A stretch of 31,233 nucleotides of DNA from an uncultured Nitrososphaeraceae archaeon. GTDB lineage: Archaea; Thermoproteota; Nitrososphaeria; Nitrososphaerales; Nitrososphaeraceae. Positions 9,428 to 19,467 of the stretch are shown piece by piece. Each line of letters begins with the position of its first letter. The stretch's first letter is position 1. The notes under the pieces are model-generated. The model made no database searches and was not told the DNA's origin. It saw only the letters and a program-made list of their open reading frames with translations. Where the stretch lies: contig CAVXZB010000076.1 of the NCBI GenBank assembly GCA_963765895.1, forward strand, positions 1 to 31,233, in the 5' to 3' direction. The translations under genes were made by a program, and so were the position numbers.

Positions 9428-10480
9428 TCATTTGTTTGGGGTAGTAGTCGATAGAAATGTATTTACTATCTTACCAATCTCAGCCGGATATTGACTCATT
9501 ACCGCATGCCCAGCATTTTTAATCTGTACAAGCCAGGCTCCTGGAATTTTGCTTGCTAGAATTAAAGCATTTGTATGCGGCATGTAGTTATTATCATCTG
9601 TTCCAGTTATGACTAACGTGGGCTTTGCCAATTTCGCTTCCTTATCACAAGCACCACTCCAGTTTGTTTTCTCCCAACTACCTAGGTTATTCTGCTTATT
9701 CGCTATTTCAGGGGGCAAACCAGGCTTCAATTGTTGTAATGATGTAATGTTTGCTGGAATGACAGCAGATTCAGGATGCAGTTTGATCCATCCTGATCCT
9801 AACGAGGCAACAGTAAGCGCTTTCAATTCCTGAGTAATGGGAATATTATGTAGAGATTTGTTTACGGTATCGGCTTGCAATTTAAGAAATTCAGGTGGTT
9901 TAGGTATACCATCTTTTCCGCCACATGTTGTAGCAACAAGTATTAGTCTGTTAACCTTTTCTGGATAGCTAATTGTAAATGCCTGAGCTATATGTCCTCC
10001 CAAAGAATATCCCATAACATCTGCTTTTGGTATTTTCAGAGCATCAAGCAAACCAGCTGTATCGTTTGCTAGTTGTGGATAAGTGTATGGTTTGGAACCG
10101 ACTGTCGTATTTGCAATTCCACGTTGATCAAACACAATCACTGTGTGATTTGAAGCAAGACCCGTTAGAAAGGATGGATCCCAGGCATTCATATTATCAG
10201 AAGCGCCATTGAAAAGTATTAGAGGGTCACCTCTACCAAACATTTTGTACGCAACATCAATATCTCCTACATGGACTTTTTTTAATGGGATATTTTGCAA
10301 ATTTACCGAATTCGTAGTATTAGAATTCGTTTGGTTTGGATCTGGTTGACCATATACTACTTTAGTAACATCAAAATAACCATAATAGTTACTGATTGAT
10401 GAGCTTATGATAACAAGAGCAGATATGACAGCAATAATAAAGACTAGATGATCTTTTCTAACAAGTCTGTGAGTCGGCAC
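9428..10480 (-). CDS. Membrane-anchored or secreted alpha/beta hydrolase
   Basis: N-terminal TM segment, nucleophile elbow GYSLG, acid residue in GTDD and His in AGH. Confidence 0.9.
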   Translation of the reverse strand: MPTHRLVRKDHLVFIIAVISALVIISSSISNYYGYFDVTKVVYGQPDPNQTNSNTTNSVNLQNIPLKKVHVGDIDVAYKMFGRGDPLILFNGASDNMNAWDPSFLTGLASNHTVIVFDQRGIANTTVGSKPYTYPQLANDTAGLLDALKIPKADVMGYSLGGHIAQAFTISYPEKVNRLILVATTCGGKDGIPKPPEFLKLQADTVNKSLHNIPITQELKALTVASLGSGWIKLHPESAVIPANITSLQQLKPGLPPEIANKQNNLGSWEKTNWSGACDKEAKLAKPTLVITGTDDNNYMPHTNALILASKIPGAWLVQIKNAGHAVMSQYPAEIGKIVNTFLSTTTPNK

Positions 10481-10563
10481 GAACCCTATTTACGCTGCGA
10501 AGTATTTAAAGTGATTCTGACCTTAGACAAAAAGAGTTGTCAATTCGTAAAGTAAAGATGTGG

Positions 10564-11382
10564 TTAGTTAATCACCTTTATTACGACGAACTCGCATCCG
10601 ATTTTTCCATTGTCTTGATTTAATTTACAATTCAACGGTTGAACTAGACCGACATTTGGAACGAATACGGTCGGTATACTAGTAGAGTCTTTCTTATGGA
10701 TTGTCTTGGTTTTGTGTATGACTACGACCTTAGTATTATGGTCAAGGTGTGACGGGTTAAATGGCTTACATACACCTGCATTCTTATTGGAATGGCAAAA
10801 GTTTCCTAAACCTCCACAGCCCAGGATACTATCACATTTAGAACTGTGCTTTTGACAATTAGGGTCATGTTTACCATCGCATTCGCATTCATGCGCATAT
10901 GAGCCTTTTAGACAGATATCACCGCGCGTTGTCACACAGTCTTTAGACTTGCCATTGCAATCTGGAAGTTTAGCAGCGTCTTCTTGAGGCACTGTTGGCG
11001 TTGTTGCCGTTGTCGTTGCCGGTGCTATTGGGGTAACTTGTGCCGTGTCACTGTTTGCCGTTTGGGTGTCGTCTTGTGTTGGGGCTGGTGTATCATCGGT
11101 GGGAGCAGTATTATCACCAGTGCCACTATTATCGCTATCATCTACACCGCTAGTGCTACTGTCGCCTGAATCACTATTATCGTTACTTCCACTATCGCCG
11201 CCATTATCGCTTGAACCGCTGTCGCTACCGCCATTGTCACCATTATCGCTGGGTCCTGAATCACTACTATCGCCACCACTATCTGAATCCTTAGCCTCGA
11301 CCAGACCCACACTAAAACCACTGGTCGAAACCATACAAGCTGCCAAGCCAACAATCAAAAATAAAATAATAAATTTATTCAT
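10564..11382 (-). CDS. Secreted protein with D/S/G-rich and T/P-rich linkers and a Cys-rich C-terminal domain
   Basis: Signal peptide ending VEA, low-complexity repeats and numerous Cys in the C-terminal half. Confidence 0.82.
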   Translation of the reverse strand: MNKFIILFLIVGLAACMVSTSGFSVGLVEAKDSDSGGDSSDSGPSDNGDNGGSDSGSSDNGGDSGSNDNSDSGDSSTSGVDDSDNSGTGDNTAPTDDTPAPTQDDTQTANSDTAQVTPIAPATTTATTPTVPQEDAAKLPDCNGKSKDCVTTRGDICLKGSYAHECECDGKHDPNCQKHSSKCDSILGCGGLGNFCHSNKNAGVCKPFNPSHLDHNTKVVVIHKTKTIHKKDSTSIPTVFVPNVGLVQPLNCKLNQDNGKIGCEFVVIKVIN

Positions 11383-11576
11383 TATTTACTTTCAGCCCTT
11401 GATGGTAAACCCTTCTTTGGTTCCTCCACGAAATCCGTTGCGACCTTATATCCAGCATTTCTTAACTCTACGACCAGAGAATTTAGCACTATTGTCATCA
11501 TGACTGTTGGCATTACGATAGTTGGTTTGACCTTACTCCACATGTCACAATTGTAGTTAACGATGTTATTGAACAT
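11382..11576 (-). CDS. Small hypothetical ORF, possibly a decayed gene
   Basis: 64-aa ORF whose stop overlaps the next start by 1 nt; no recognisable motif. Confidence 0.3.
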   Translation of the reverse strand: MFNNIVNYNCDMWSKVKPTIVMPTVMMTIVLNSLVVELRNAGYKVATDFVEEPKKGLPSRAESK

Positions 11577-11589
11577 TCTACTTATTATT

Positions 11590-11608
11590 TATAGAAGAAG
11601 ATTCTAAT
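11590..11608. promoter_or_regulatory. 19-bp direct repeat copy 1, upstream of a minus-strand secreted-protein cluster
   Basis: TATAGAAGAAGATTCTAAT, identical at 13578-13596. Confidence 0.5.
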
Positions 11609-12059
11609 CTATATTGAACAGTAACAAAATGCGATTCATTCATGATTTAGATCAACAACTACAGCTGTATTGTGAAACATAGTTCAATAATATCCCACGA
11701 TGTGATACTATCATTAGTAATTCAACAAATTCTTTTGGAACCTTAATTATATTTTCTGTATGAGATCGGCCAATCATTGCAGGTCAGGGCATGTTCTAAA
11801 GTCGACATAAGAATCCGCAAACAAGACATAGGCCCAGCGTCGGCCCCGATTGGGGTTGGAGGGATATGAATACCAGTCCTCTTGCAGGTAGACCACCACC
11901 ACATACAGGAGTCAAGGCCAATTACAGAGTAGGATATAGAAATGACAGACTTTTAGGATGTAGTACAAATCATGTTGCCACAAAGGTGACCCTGCATCCA
12001 ATGTTCTATGTGGACCACTGAAATATAAGCCAATACAGAATATCTCAGCCTAATTCCGG

Positions 12060-12578
12060 CTAGCTGATTGCATTCCAACACTCTCCAAATTTCTCTGTGC
12101 CCTGTTTAAAATGATATTTGTCAACACATACATGAACCGTGATTACGTCTTGATATAACTTATCTATATCAAAATGTCCATTACCGAAGCCTACACCTTC
12201 TCCTACATGTTGATATTTAGTGTCAAGATCTATTCCTAAATCACTCTGATTCACACTCCTTGGTATTACGAAAAAGCCTGTGTCATATATGACGTTAAAG
12301 GCCGATGGTGTAACAGTTATGTTACGACAGACTAAGTCATTATTATAATCACCTAAACAAAGCTTAAGACCATCATGACTTAACTCCATGATTTCTTTAT
12401 TATCTGTGCCATTCTTGCCCCAAACCGGATTTACTCCGTCGATAAATAGATGATATGCCTTCATATCTGGTTGAATATTTTTATCGGTTGCTGACCAGTA
12501 TGGTTTTTGCGAGGCCATTGCACTCTGTGCGCCTATCATTAGCACCAGAACTGCAACTGCAGTTATCAAGACCTTCAT
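12060..12578 (-). CDS. Secreted protein with a 4-Cys domain shared with the TPR protein
   Basis: Signal peptide ending LMIGAQSAMA; mature part aligns by eye with the N-terminal domain of 24532-25647. Confidence 0.8.
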   Translation of the reverse strand: MKVLITAVAVLVLMIGAQSAMASQKPYWSATDKNIQPDMKAYHLFIDGVNPVWGKNGTDNKEIMELSHDGLKLCLGDYNNDLVCRNITVTPSAFNVIYDTGFFVIPRSVNQSDLGIDLDTKYQHVGEGVGFGNGHFDIDKLYQDVITVHVCVDKYHFKQGTEKFGECWNAIS

Positions 12579-12582
12579 TTAC

Positions 12583-12822
12583 CTACGCATCCTCCGCCGA
12601 GTTACATATATGCTCATCATTGCCCTTCACAGACAGACATCCAGCCATAAACCCGCGCTCGTATGGATCGCCACATTGTGTTAACTTGTCCTGACTAAAG
12701 GGGTGATTCAGACCGTCGTTATATCCATCTTTGTAACAATTTTCTGCGTATATTGGCTTTGGCATTAGTACTACTGTACTTAGAACCGCTAAGACTGCGA
12801 TTGTTGTTACGATTGTTTTCAT
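12583..12822 (-). CDS. Small secreted Cys-containing protein with (Y)xxG(Y/F)xxG motifs
   Basis: Signal peptide ending IYA, then CYKDGYNDG and CGDPYERGFMAGC. Confidence 0.8.
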   Translation of the reverse strand: MKTIVTTIAVLAVLSTVVLMPKPIYAENCYKDGYNDGLNHPFSQDKLTQCGDPYERGFMAGCLSVKGNDEHICNSAEDA

Positions 12823-12848
12823 ATCTTAGTGGACCATTCCGTGGCTAG

Positions 12849-13346
12849 TCAATGATAATCCTTACAGTCAAAGTCCGCAGTATCCGTCTCCTTTCCAGAG
12901 TTCGGCCTCATTATTGAGCACCAGCCCTTAATATATCCATCACTAAAGCTATGTGTCTGATTATCTAATGCGTTGTCTGGTTGTTTTACCCAATCTAACT
13001 TACTCATATTAGCGTTATCAAGATATGCGTCAGATACTCCGTGTTGAAAGCCCTGTCCTAATTGATCCTGTGTGCTCTCCCGTGAGCAATCAAATGTAAA
13101 CTCATCTGCATCACTTGCCATATCATCTATACTACAGAATCCGTCCATCCATCCTTGAAAAAAGGCATGTGGGTGCTTAACAATTACATCCATAGCGGCT
13201 TTTAGGATTGGGGTCATTCCAACTGATGGAATTCTAGCGTCACTCGCTCCTCGTTTAAATCCTAACTGGTACTCAGTTAACGCAAAGGCCGACTGTGCTC
13301 CTATCATTAGCGCCACGATTGCTACTACGCTAAGTACTAGTTTCAT
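12849..13346 (-). CDS. Secreted protein with two internal GxxxG/Cys repeats
   Basis: Likely start ATG at 13346. Signal peptide ending LMIGAQSAFA; repeats GFKRGASDA..GWMDGFC..FDC and GFQHGVSDA..GYIKGWC..FDC. Confidence 0.8.
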   Translation of the reverse strand: MKLVLSVVAIVALMIGAQSAFALTEYQLGFKRGASDARIPSVGMTPILKAAMDVIVKHPHAFFQGWMDGFCSIDDMASDADEFTFDCSRESTQDQLGQGFQHGVSDAYLDNANMSKLDWVKQPDNALDNQTHSFSDGYIKGWCSIMRPNSGKETDTADFDCKDYH

Positions 13347-13347
13347 T

Positions 13348-13578
13348 CTACGCATCCTCCGCTAGATTACATACTTCATTGTTGCCCACTACCGATAGAC
13401 ACCCAGCCATAAAGCCGCGTTCATAAGCATCGCCGCATTGCGCAAACCTGTCCTGACTAAATGGCCCGTTGCGACCGGTTTCATATCCCTTGTTACTACC
13501 CTTGAAACATAGGCAAATCTGTTTACCACACCCACTAACAGTGTTGACGCTAGTAATTGAATTTACTGCATCATCCAT
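13348..13578 (-). pseudogene. Paralog of 12583-12822 with a disrupted signal peptide
   Basis: C-terminal PFSQD..CGDAYERGFMAGCLSV..CN.AEDA closely matches the paralog; the hydrophobic LLASTLLVGVV lies in another frame after a stop. Confidence 0.7.
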
Positions 13579-13596
13579 ATAGAAGAAGATTCTAAT
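13578..13596. promoter_or_regulatory. 19-bp direct repeat copy 2
   Basis: Identical to 11590-11608. Confidence 0.5.
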
Positions 13597-13931
13597 TGCT
13601 GATGATTAGAAACGAAGTGCTATTTCGTTGTCAATAACTTAGGTATATGACCTTGGCTGAGGTAAGGAGCTTAGGTTAGTTTTATCATCAATATACCTTG
13701 CTTTTGATAGGAAATACTTGAGTTGAAAACAAAAACATGATGAGCTGATGTTACTGATGGTATGAGAATCTTGCGGGCCCATAATTGAGCTACACATGAA
13801 CCTTTGTCCTATCAACATCTATGCCCATCGAACGAAGTATGACTCTCCAAGCGATACCTCAATTTAGAAAATGTTTATAATTTGGCGCGCCGCACATCTG
13901 TATTATAAGCCACATTTTCCGATATAATTAA

Positions 13932-13963
13932 ACTGGACGTGTCAAAATCTGACATTGTCCAGT
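13932..13963. other. Inverted repeat (hairpin or operator)
   Basis: ACTGGAC-G-TGTCA-AAATC-TGACA-TT-GTCCAGT. Confidence 0.45.
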
Positions 13964-14108
13964 GTGTTAAAACTTACTGGCTATAGACTGAATTAAACAT
14001 ATTGGTTTACATCTTTAATTGCTACTATCTATAGATATCATCAATTAGGGAATAACAGATATTAAGTTCAACAGCGATCATGATATTTTTACCTATGGAT
14101 TTGATCAT

Positions 14109-14545
14109 TTAATTTTGAGTAAGTTTTGGCAACTTTAATAGCTCTGATTGTGTGCTGACGGATCTTTGTACTTTATATGATATTCTATTGATTCCAAATA
14201 CGCAGTCTTTATTTCAGGATGAAATACAATAATGATATCCTTGCTTTTTAGCAAATATCGAACTACTTGGACTCTGATCAAAGTCATGGTCTGGAAGCGG
14301 TTCATACGGTAAAGTTGGAACGCCGTAAAAGAATTTGTCCTACTGATATGTTTTCGATTATTTTGTGTCTGTAGCGACCAATGGAATATCTGGTAACGGG
14401 AAACACGAACTTGTTCGCGCCCCCACTTCCCAGCCGAGTTTTCCGTCAGTACCGCTAGCGATTTGAGCGTGGTTTTGGGAAATATGGGAAACCGGGAAAG
14501 TCGGGGAACTTGACGGCACATTCAGCGGGGCCGGTTGTCCCACTT
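14109..14545 (-). pseudogene. Decayed 3' end of a gene with a YC..HP...H.KYKDP..H motif, preceded by TTCCC/GGGAA repeats
   Basis: Stitched translation ...PYEPLPDHDFDQSP...GYHYCI/HPEIKTAYLESIEYHIKYKDPSAH/SELLKL* needs two frameshifts and has two upstream in-frame stops. Confidence 0.45.
14477..14506 (+). repeat. GGGAA x4 repeat (iteron-like; canonical G-quadruplex pattern)
   Basis: GGG-AAATAT-GGG-AAACC-GGG-AAAGTC-GGGG. Confidence 0.65.
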
Positions 14546-14851
14546 TATTTTCCTTCTTTCTCCCAAAGATAAAGAAAAGTCCCCGAGTTCCCTGTTCTCA
14601 GAACAGTAAATTCATAAATAAAGTGCTGATCAGTAAACCTTAAATAAATTCACTCCTGGTAACAAGATAGGACGAGTCACATGTTAAAGCACAGGGTGTC
14701 TCAAGAACCTAAGATCGCATATTTTCCACTCGTATTTATGGCACTTGTAAGAGGACTTTTGCCAGAGTTAGAAGCTAAATCCATACTGGTACCAACCCGG
14801 ATTATTAATCTCATGCTGCTTGGTATCAAAGTTCTAAGGAGAGGTTAAAAC

Positions 14852-15631
14852 TTGTCAGATCGCATTTCAGAAGATCCAGTTAGATCGAAGGATCAGGAAG
14901 GGATAGCGGAGTTAGTACAACAATCAAGACTTATTTTTCAAGGAACAGTTGAAAAGCTTAGTTCTGCAACAATTTCTGACATCAATATTACGGACTCAAT
15001 GGCAGTGGTGAGAGTAGAAGATGTTTTTAGCGCACCTAAGATGCTAGGTAATCTCACTGGCAAAGAAATCACTGTTCAACTGAGTGCTCCTCATACGGCA
15101 CGCCTTCGAAATAAGCTGATCTTCTTTGCTCAAGGATGGCTTTATGGTGAGAGTATTGCTGTTTTAGAAGTTGGTCACATTCAAGTCACGAAAGATAATA
15201 CATCCCTGCGACTGCAAGTTACAAATGAAATCCACAAGTTGTCCGATAGTCAGATACTACAACGTCTAATTCATTCAGAGATTATAGTAGTCGGAAAAGT
15301 TCTTACGTCTCGTTCTACTGAACCGAGTATGCCGTCTAGAGCGAGCGAACATGATCCACAATGGTGGGAGGTCAACATTGACATCGAAAGCCTGGAGAAA
15401 GGCACCTACTCTGAAAAGACCATAACAGTGTATTTTCCGAATAGCATCGATATAATGTGGCACCAAGCACCAAAATTTCATGTAGGTCAGGAAGGAATCT
15501 GGCTCATTTATAAAAGTCAGATAGAAGAATTGAAGGCAGAAGTTTACACAGCTCTTGATCCTCTAGATTTTCGTCTAAAGCAAGAACTTGAAAGAATAAG
15601 GACCCTGATCAGGCAATTTGGGGTTACATAG
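14852..15631 (+). CDS. Hypothetical protein with two homologous beta-rich (OB/TIMP-like) domains
   Basis: Repeated pattern SRLIFQGTV..V.VEDV..ITVQ and SEIIVVGKV..I.IESL..ITVY; GGAGAGG upstream of the TTG start. Confidence 0.75.
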   Translation: MSDRISEDPVRSKDQEGIAELVQQSRLIFQGTVEKLSSATISDINITDSMAVVRVEDVFSAPKMLGNLTGKEITVQLSAPHTARLRNKLIFFAQGWLYGESIAVLEVGHIQVTKDNTSLRLQVTNEIHKLSDSQILQRLIHSEIIVVGKVLTSRSTEPSMPSRASEHDPQWWEVNIDIESLEKGTYSEKTITVYFPNSIDIMWHQAPKFHVGQEGIWLIYKSQIEELKAEVYTALDPLDFRLKQELERIRTLIRQFGVT

Positions 15632-15643
15632 GAAAGACCTAGA

Positions 15644-18600
15644 ATGATAATAGTTGTAAACATGATTCCGCAGTCTATGAGTAACGAAACTAATCAAGAT
15701 AGTGAGCCTAATCTGGCGGTTAATCCAGCCAATCCTCTTCAAATCGCTGGTTCAGCCTTTACTCCTGACCCTATGGGTGGTTCGAACTGTCCAATCTTTA
15801 AATCTCTTGATGGTGGCAATATCTGGCTTCTTAACTCCATAGTGCCAAGTACACCCACTACGGGTGATATTACTCTTCGTTTTGGTGGTTCTAGCAACAA
15901 TCTTTATGCTGGAATCCTCAAGTTCCCTGGTACTTTCTTGTTAAATATACTTGTTACCAACAATTTCAGTGGCATGACTCCTATGACAGTTATAGAATCA
16001 CGTAATCCCATAGATCAGCCATACATACAAGCGACAACTGTTACCGGAGGTGTTGACAGTGGTAAAGACAGGATTTACGTTGGTATCAACGGCTCCTGTC
16101 CTGCTTCTTCTACTTCTAGTGCGACCATAGACCAGTCTCTTGATGCTGGAATTTCTATACCTTCATTTAATTCCGTGCCTCTTGAGGCTAGACCCACATT
16201 AGGTCAAGATGCTCCTCCCATTCGACCTTTTATTCATGCATCTGGAATAGTATATGGTATATTCTATGGTTGGCGGAGTATGACCGGGAGCTTCTCGACG
16301 TCGGCTCAAATAACAACTGATATAGTGGTCGTACGTGATGATAATTGGGGTATAGGACCGAGTCGATTTTCAGATCTGTTAGATCCAGTTGATAGTCTTC
16401 GTGGAACTCGTGTAGTGACGAGTGTCACAGTACCATGGAACAATTCCTCCACGTTTGGACAGGAGCGTTTTGTTGGTAGTGATCTCTCTATTGCTGTTGA
16501 TTCGAGAGATAACAAGAAAGTCTATATTGCCTGGGCAGACCAGCAGCCAGTTACCGGTTATACGTTACACGTTAGAAAATCAACAACCAGTGGCGAGCAC
16601 ATGGTATGGGTTCGATATCAAGACAGTTTCTAATGCGAAAAATCCCGCTTTGGCAATTAATAGCCGTGGTAAGGTTGGATTTATGTACCAACAGCTTACA
16701 GGCACTGGCTCTGCACAACGTTGGGAAACGCATCTCGAGCTAACAGATGACGATTTTGCGACTTCTAGTAACTTCATCCTTGCAACTGTACCATCTAACA
16801 CTCCTGCTCCGGCGTTTTTACCTTACATGGGTGACTATGAGCATCTTATGGCTGTTGGAAAAGATTTCTACGGAATTTTTGCTACAGCCAATATTCCTGA
16901 CCTTGCTAACTTCCCTAATGGTGTATCATATCTGCGAAATGCTGATTTCACTACCCATAGCCTCCTTGGCACCGACGGTATTGCTGTGATTCAACCATCA
17001 ATTGATCCATTCTTTGTCAAAGTAACAGAAATATCAACTACGTTAGATTTCTATGTGCGTGATTGGACAGATAATGCTACATCCCATGACATCGGTCTAG
17101 AACCCTCGACTAATCCAGTATTCTTTCAAACCTGTGACTTATGGAATCGACGTAGTGATGCTCCTGGAGCATTCAATGCAAACGATCAGCCTGTGAACGA
17201 GAACCCACAAATGATAACGCTAGGCCATAACTTCGCTTTCGCCCGGATAAGTCGTAATGCTACTGGAACATCAGAGGTGGTAACACCACATTTCCTGTAT
17301 TCTGAGCTTGGTACTGGAAGTAATTATCAAAATGCCGGTACTTCTCTTGATCCTAGTGTGACTTTTTCTCCGGCTGAGATGGTTAAGATAATGTCTGCTG
17401 GGTATCAATGGGATCTGCCTATAACCTCTTCGAACCATTTGTGTATGGCGGTGGAAATTTCAACATTAACGGATCCAATTATCCTTCCCAGCTTGTTAGG
17501 TCACACACCCGGATGGCCATCAACTGACCTCATGGTAATAAATGATAACAACAAGGCCCAACGCAACATGGGCGTATATCCCACTAGCGGAAGTGGCCAG
17601 GTATCATTTTATGGTATAATTCATAATGGAGCTACGTTCCCCCGCAATGTGAATGTGCTGTATGAGTCACCCACGGCAATAGATAATCTTCAGGATGCAC
17701 GTATCGAGATTATAGGAGGACATAGCCAACCATTTAGATCTGGTGATGTCATAACATTGGAGAATATGCAGCCTGGTGAAAACCGTTGGATTGGTTTAAC
17801 TCTTAGGGTACCAAGCATAGATGATAACGAGTTAGTGCCAATTTTATTTTATGAAATAGTCAATAGAATGGCTGTTAATGGATTTGGTATTGCTGCTCAA
17901 CCATCATCTCTTGGGACCGCGATCCGTGATAACTTGGAATTTCACGCATCTATATTCAATCGAATTTCTGTCACTTTTGATATCCACAGGACAAAAGAGG
18001 AAAGTTTAGCTGCATTAGAGCTTTTATTCCAAGAAAAAATTTCTAACAAAACCTATCTTGACTTTTTACGTTTACATGTAAAATTGATGGATGATATGCT
18101 CTTTGAATTGATAATGTCCGAAGGATTAGGTGATCCATTCTCTTTACAAGTAGCAGTTAAAAATCTTGAAAATGCAGTACAGCGAATGCCACAGGGGAGC
18201 TCTAGCTACAAGAGACAGTCAGGCGATGTTGATGCTTGTGTTCCTGCTCACTCCACACTGCTTCATAAACTGGACGCCTTTGTGACTATGGTGCAGAAGT
18301 CAAAAGGCGACCCTGCCGACATTCTCCAGAATGTAATCTGGCAAAAGGAGCTCTATTCCAAGCTCCCACAATTAAGTGAACTGGAATTTAGTGTTGAACT
18401 AGTAAGGAAATCTGAAGAGTTTATTCATGGTTATGAATTAAGAAGAATTAACAATATAGATTATACAAAACTAATCAGTGAATTGCTCGAAATTTTCCGC
18501 AAGACCTCCAAAGTTTTGGATACATTGAATCTCCAATTGGAAAAGGATGTAGAGGGCATGAGTATTAACTTGAGTTCCCAAGTTGCGCTGCAGAAAGGGC

Positions 18601-18647
18601 ATCGTGGCTATCTCTTAAAGCTGCAGAAGCTTAGACAAAAAACATAA
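15644..18647 (+). CDS. About 1000-aa Asp-box/BNR (sialidase-like) beta-propeller protein with additional C-terminal domains; one apparent +1 frameshift at about 16595
   Basis: Asp-boxes SLDGGNIW and RKSTTSGSTW (the second restored by deleting G16595); EPNLAVNP, DQPYI and GDY motifs; 12 bp after the upstream gene. Confidence 0.8.
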
Positions 18648-18954
18648 CTATTAAGACAATTATGTTGACGAAGACAGCTCAAAAGGACTAGTATTCATCT
18701 CTTGGTAAAGATAAGATCCGGTTCACGATGCCACAGCACAATTATAATTAGTGCTATTATTCAGTCTTATAACAACATTAACTAATCATAATAATGAACC
18801 CACTTACTAGTGCTGCGAACCACATTCAATCGAATTCATCAAGTTATGTTTAAATCCAATAGCAATCTCTATTTATATATTAGTCATAAATGGCGTAACA
18901 CCTTCATGTGAATTTTACAGCATATTTAATAAGGACTACAGGGAACCAAGAATA

Positions 18955-19140
18955 TTGCAAGCTATATCAAAATATCCACTGATCCGAATAATACTAAGTG
19001 TAGTAAGTATCGGATTAGTATCTGCTGCGATTGGCATGGAACTCCTACCTGAAGATGAAGCAAAAGTTTTCGTTATTCCTATGCTAGTAACGGCTCTATT
19101 CGCAGGAGTTGGAATGTTGTCTATCTCTAAGTCACGTTAA
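18955..19140 (+). CDS. Small two-TM membrane protein
   Basis: Two hydrophobic segments in 61 aa. Confidence 0.55.
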   Translation: MQAISKYPLIRIILSVVSIGLVSAAIGMELLPEDEAKVFVIPMLVTALFAGVGMLSISKSR

Positions 19141-19467
19141 ACATTAACAAAAATGGAACACGTTAGTTAATCTTATGATGTAAATCAAAGGCTGGAGTAT
19201 TCCAGTACTAAACATCTTTCGAACATTCTAGAAAATTTAGTCAGCAAATCAAAAAGGAACCAATATTTGAGGATAACTTTCAATCTAAAATCAACAGACA
19301 TGAAAGATAAATACTTCAGTAGAATGAGAATGTTTATTCAGTATTTTGTGGAGATATAGACTGAATAATCTTATGTAATCCATAAGGATGATATGTAAAG
19401 ATATAGCCCGACATAAAATATAAAGTTAATAAACCAAAGATGCCCAATTGCAGGTGATTAGAAATTT

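Noticed and set aside
11130-11290. Repeated CCACTAT/CCATTAT units resembling a CRISPR array
   Set aside because: Coding repeats of the D/S/G-rich linker, with no constant repeat and unique spacer structure.
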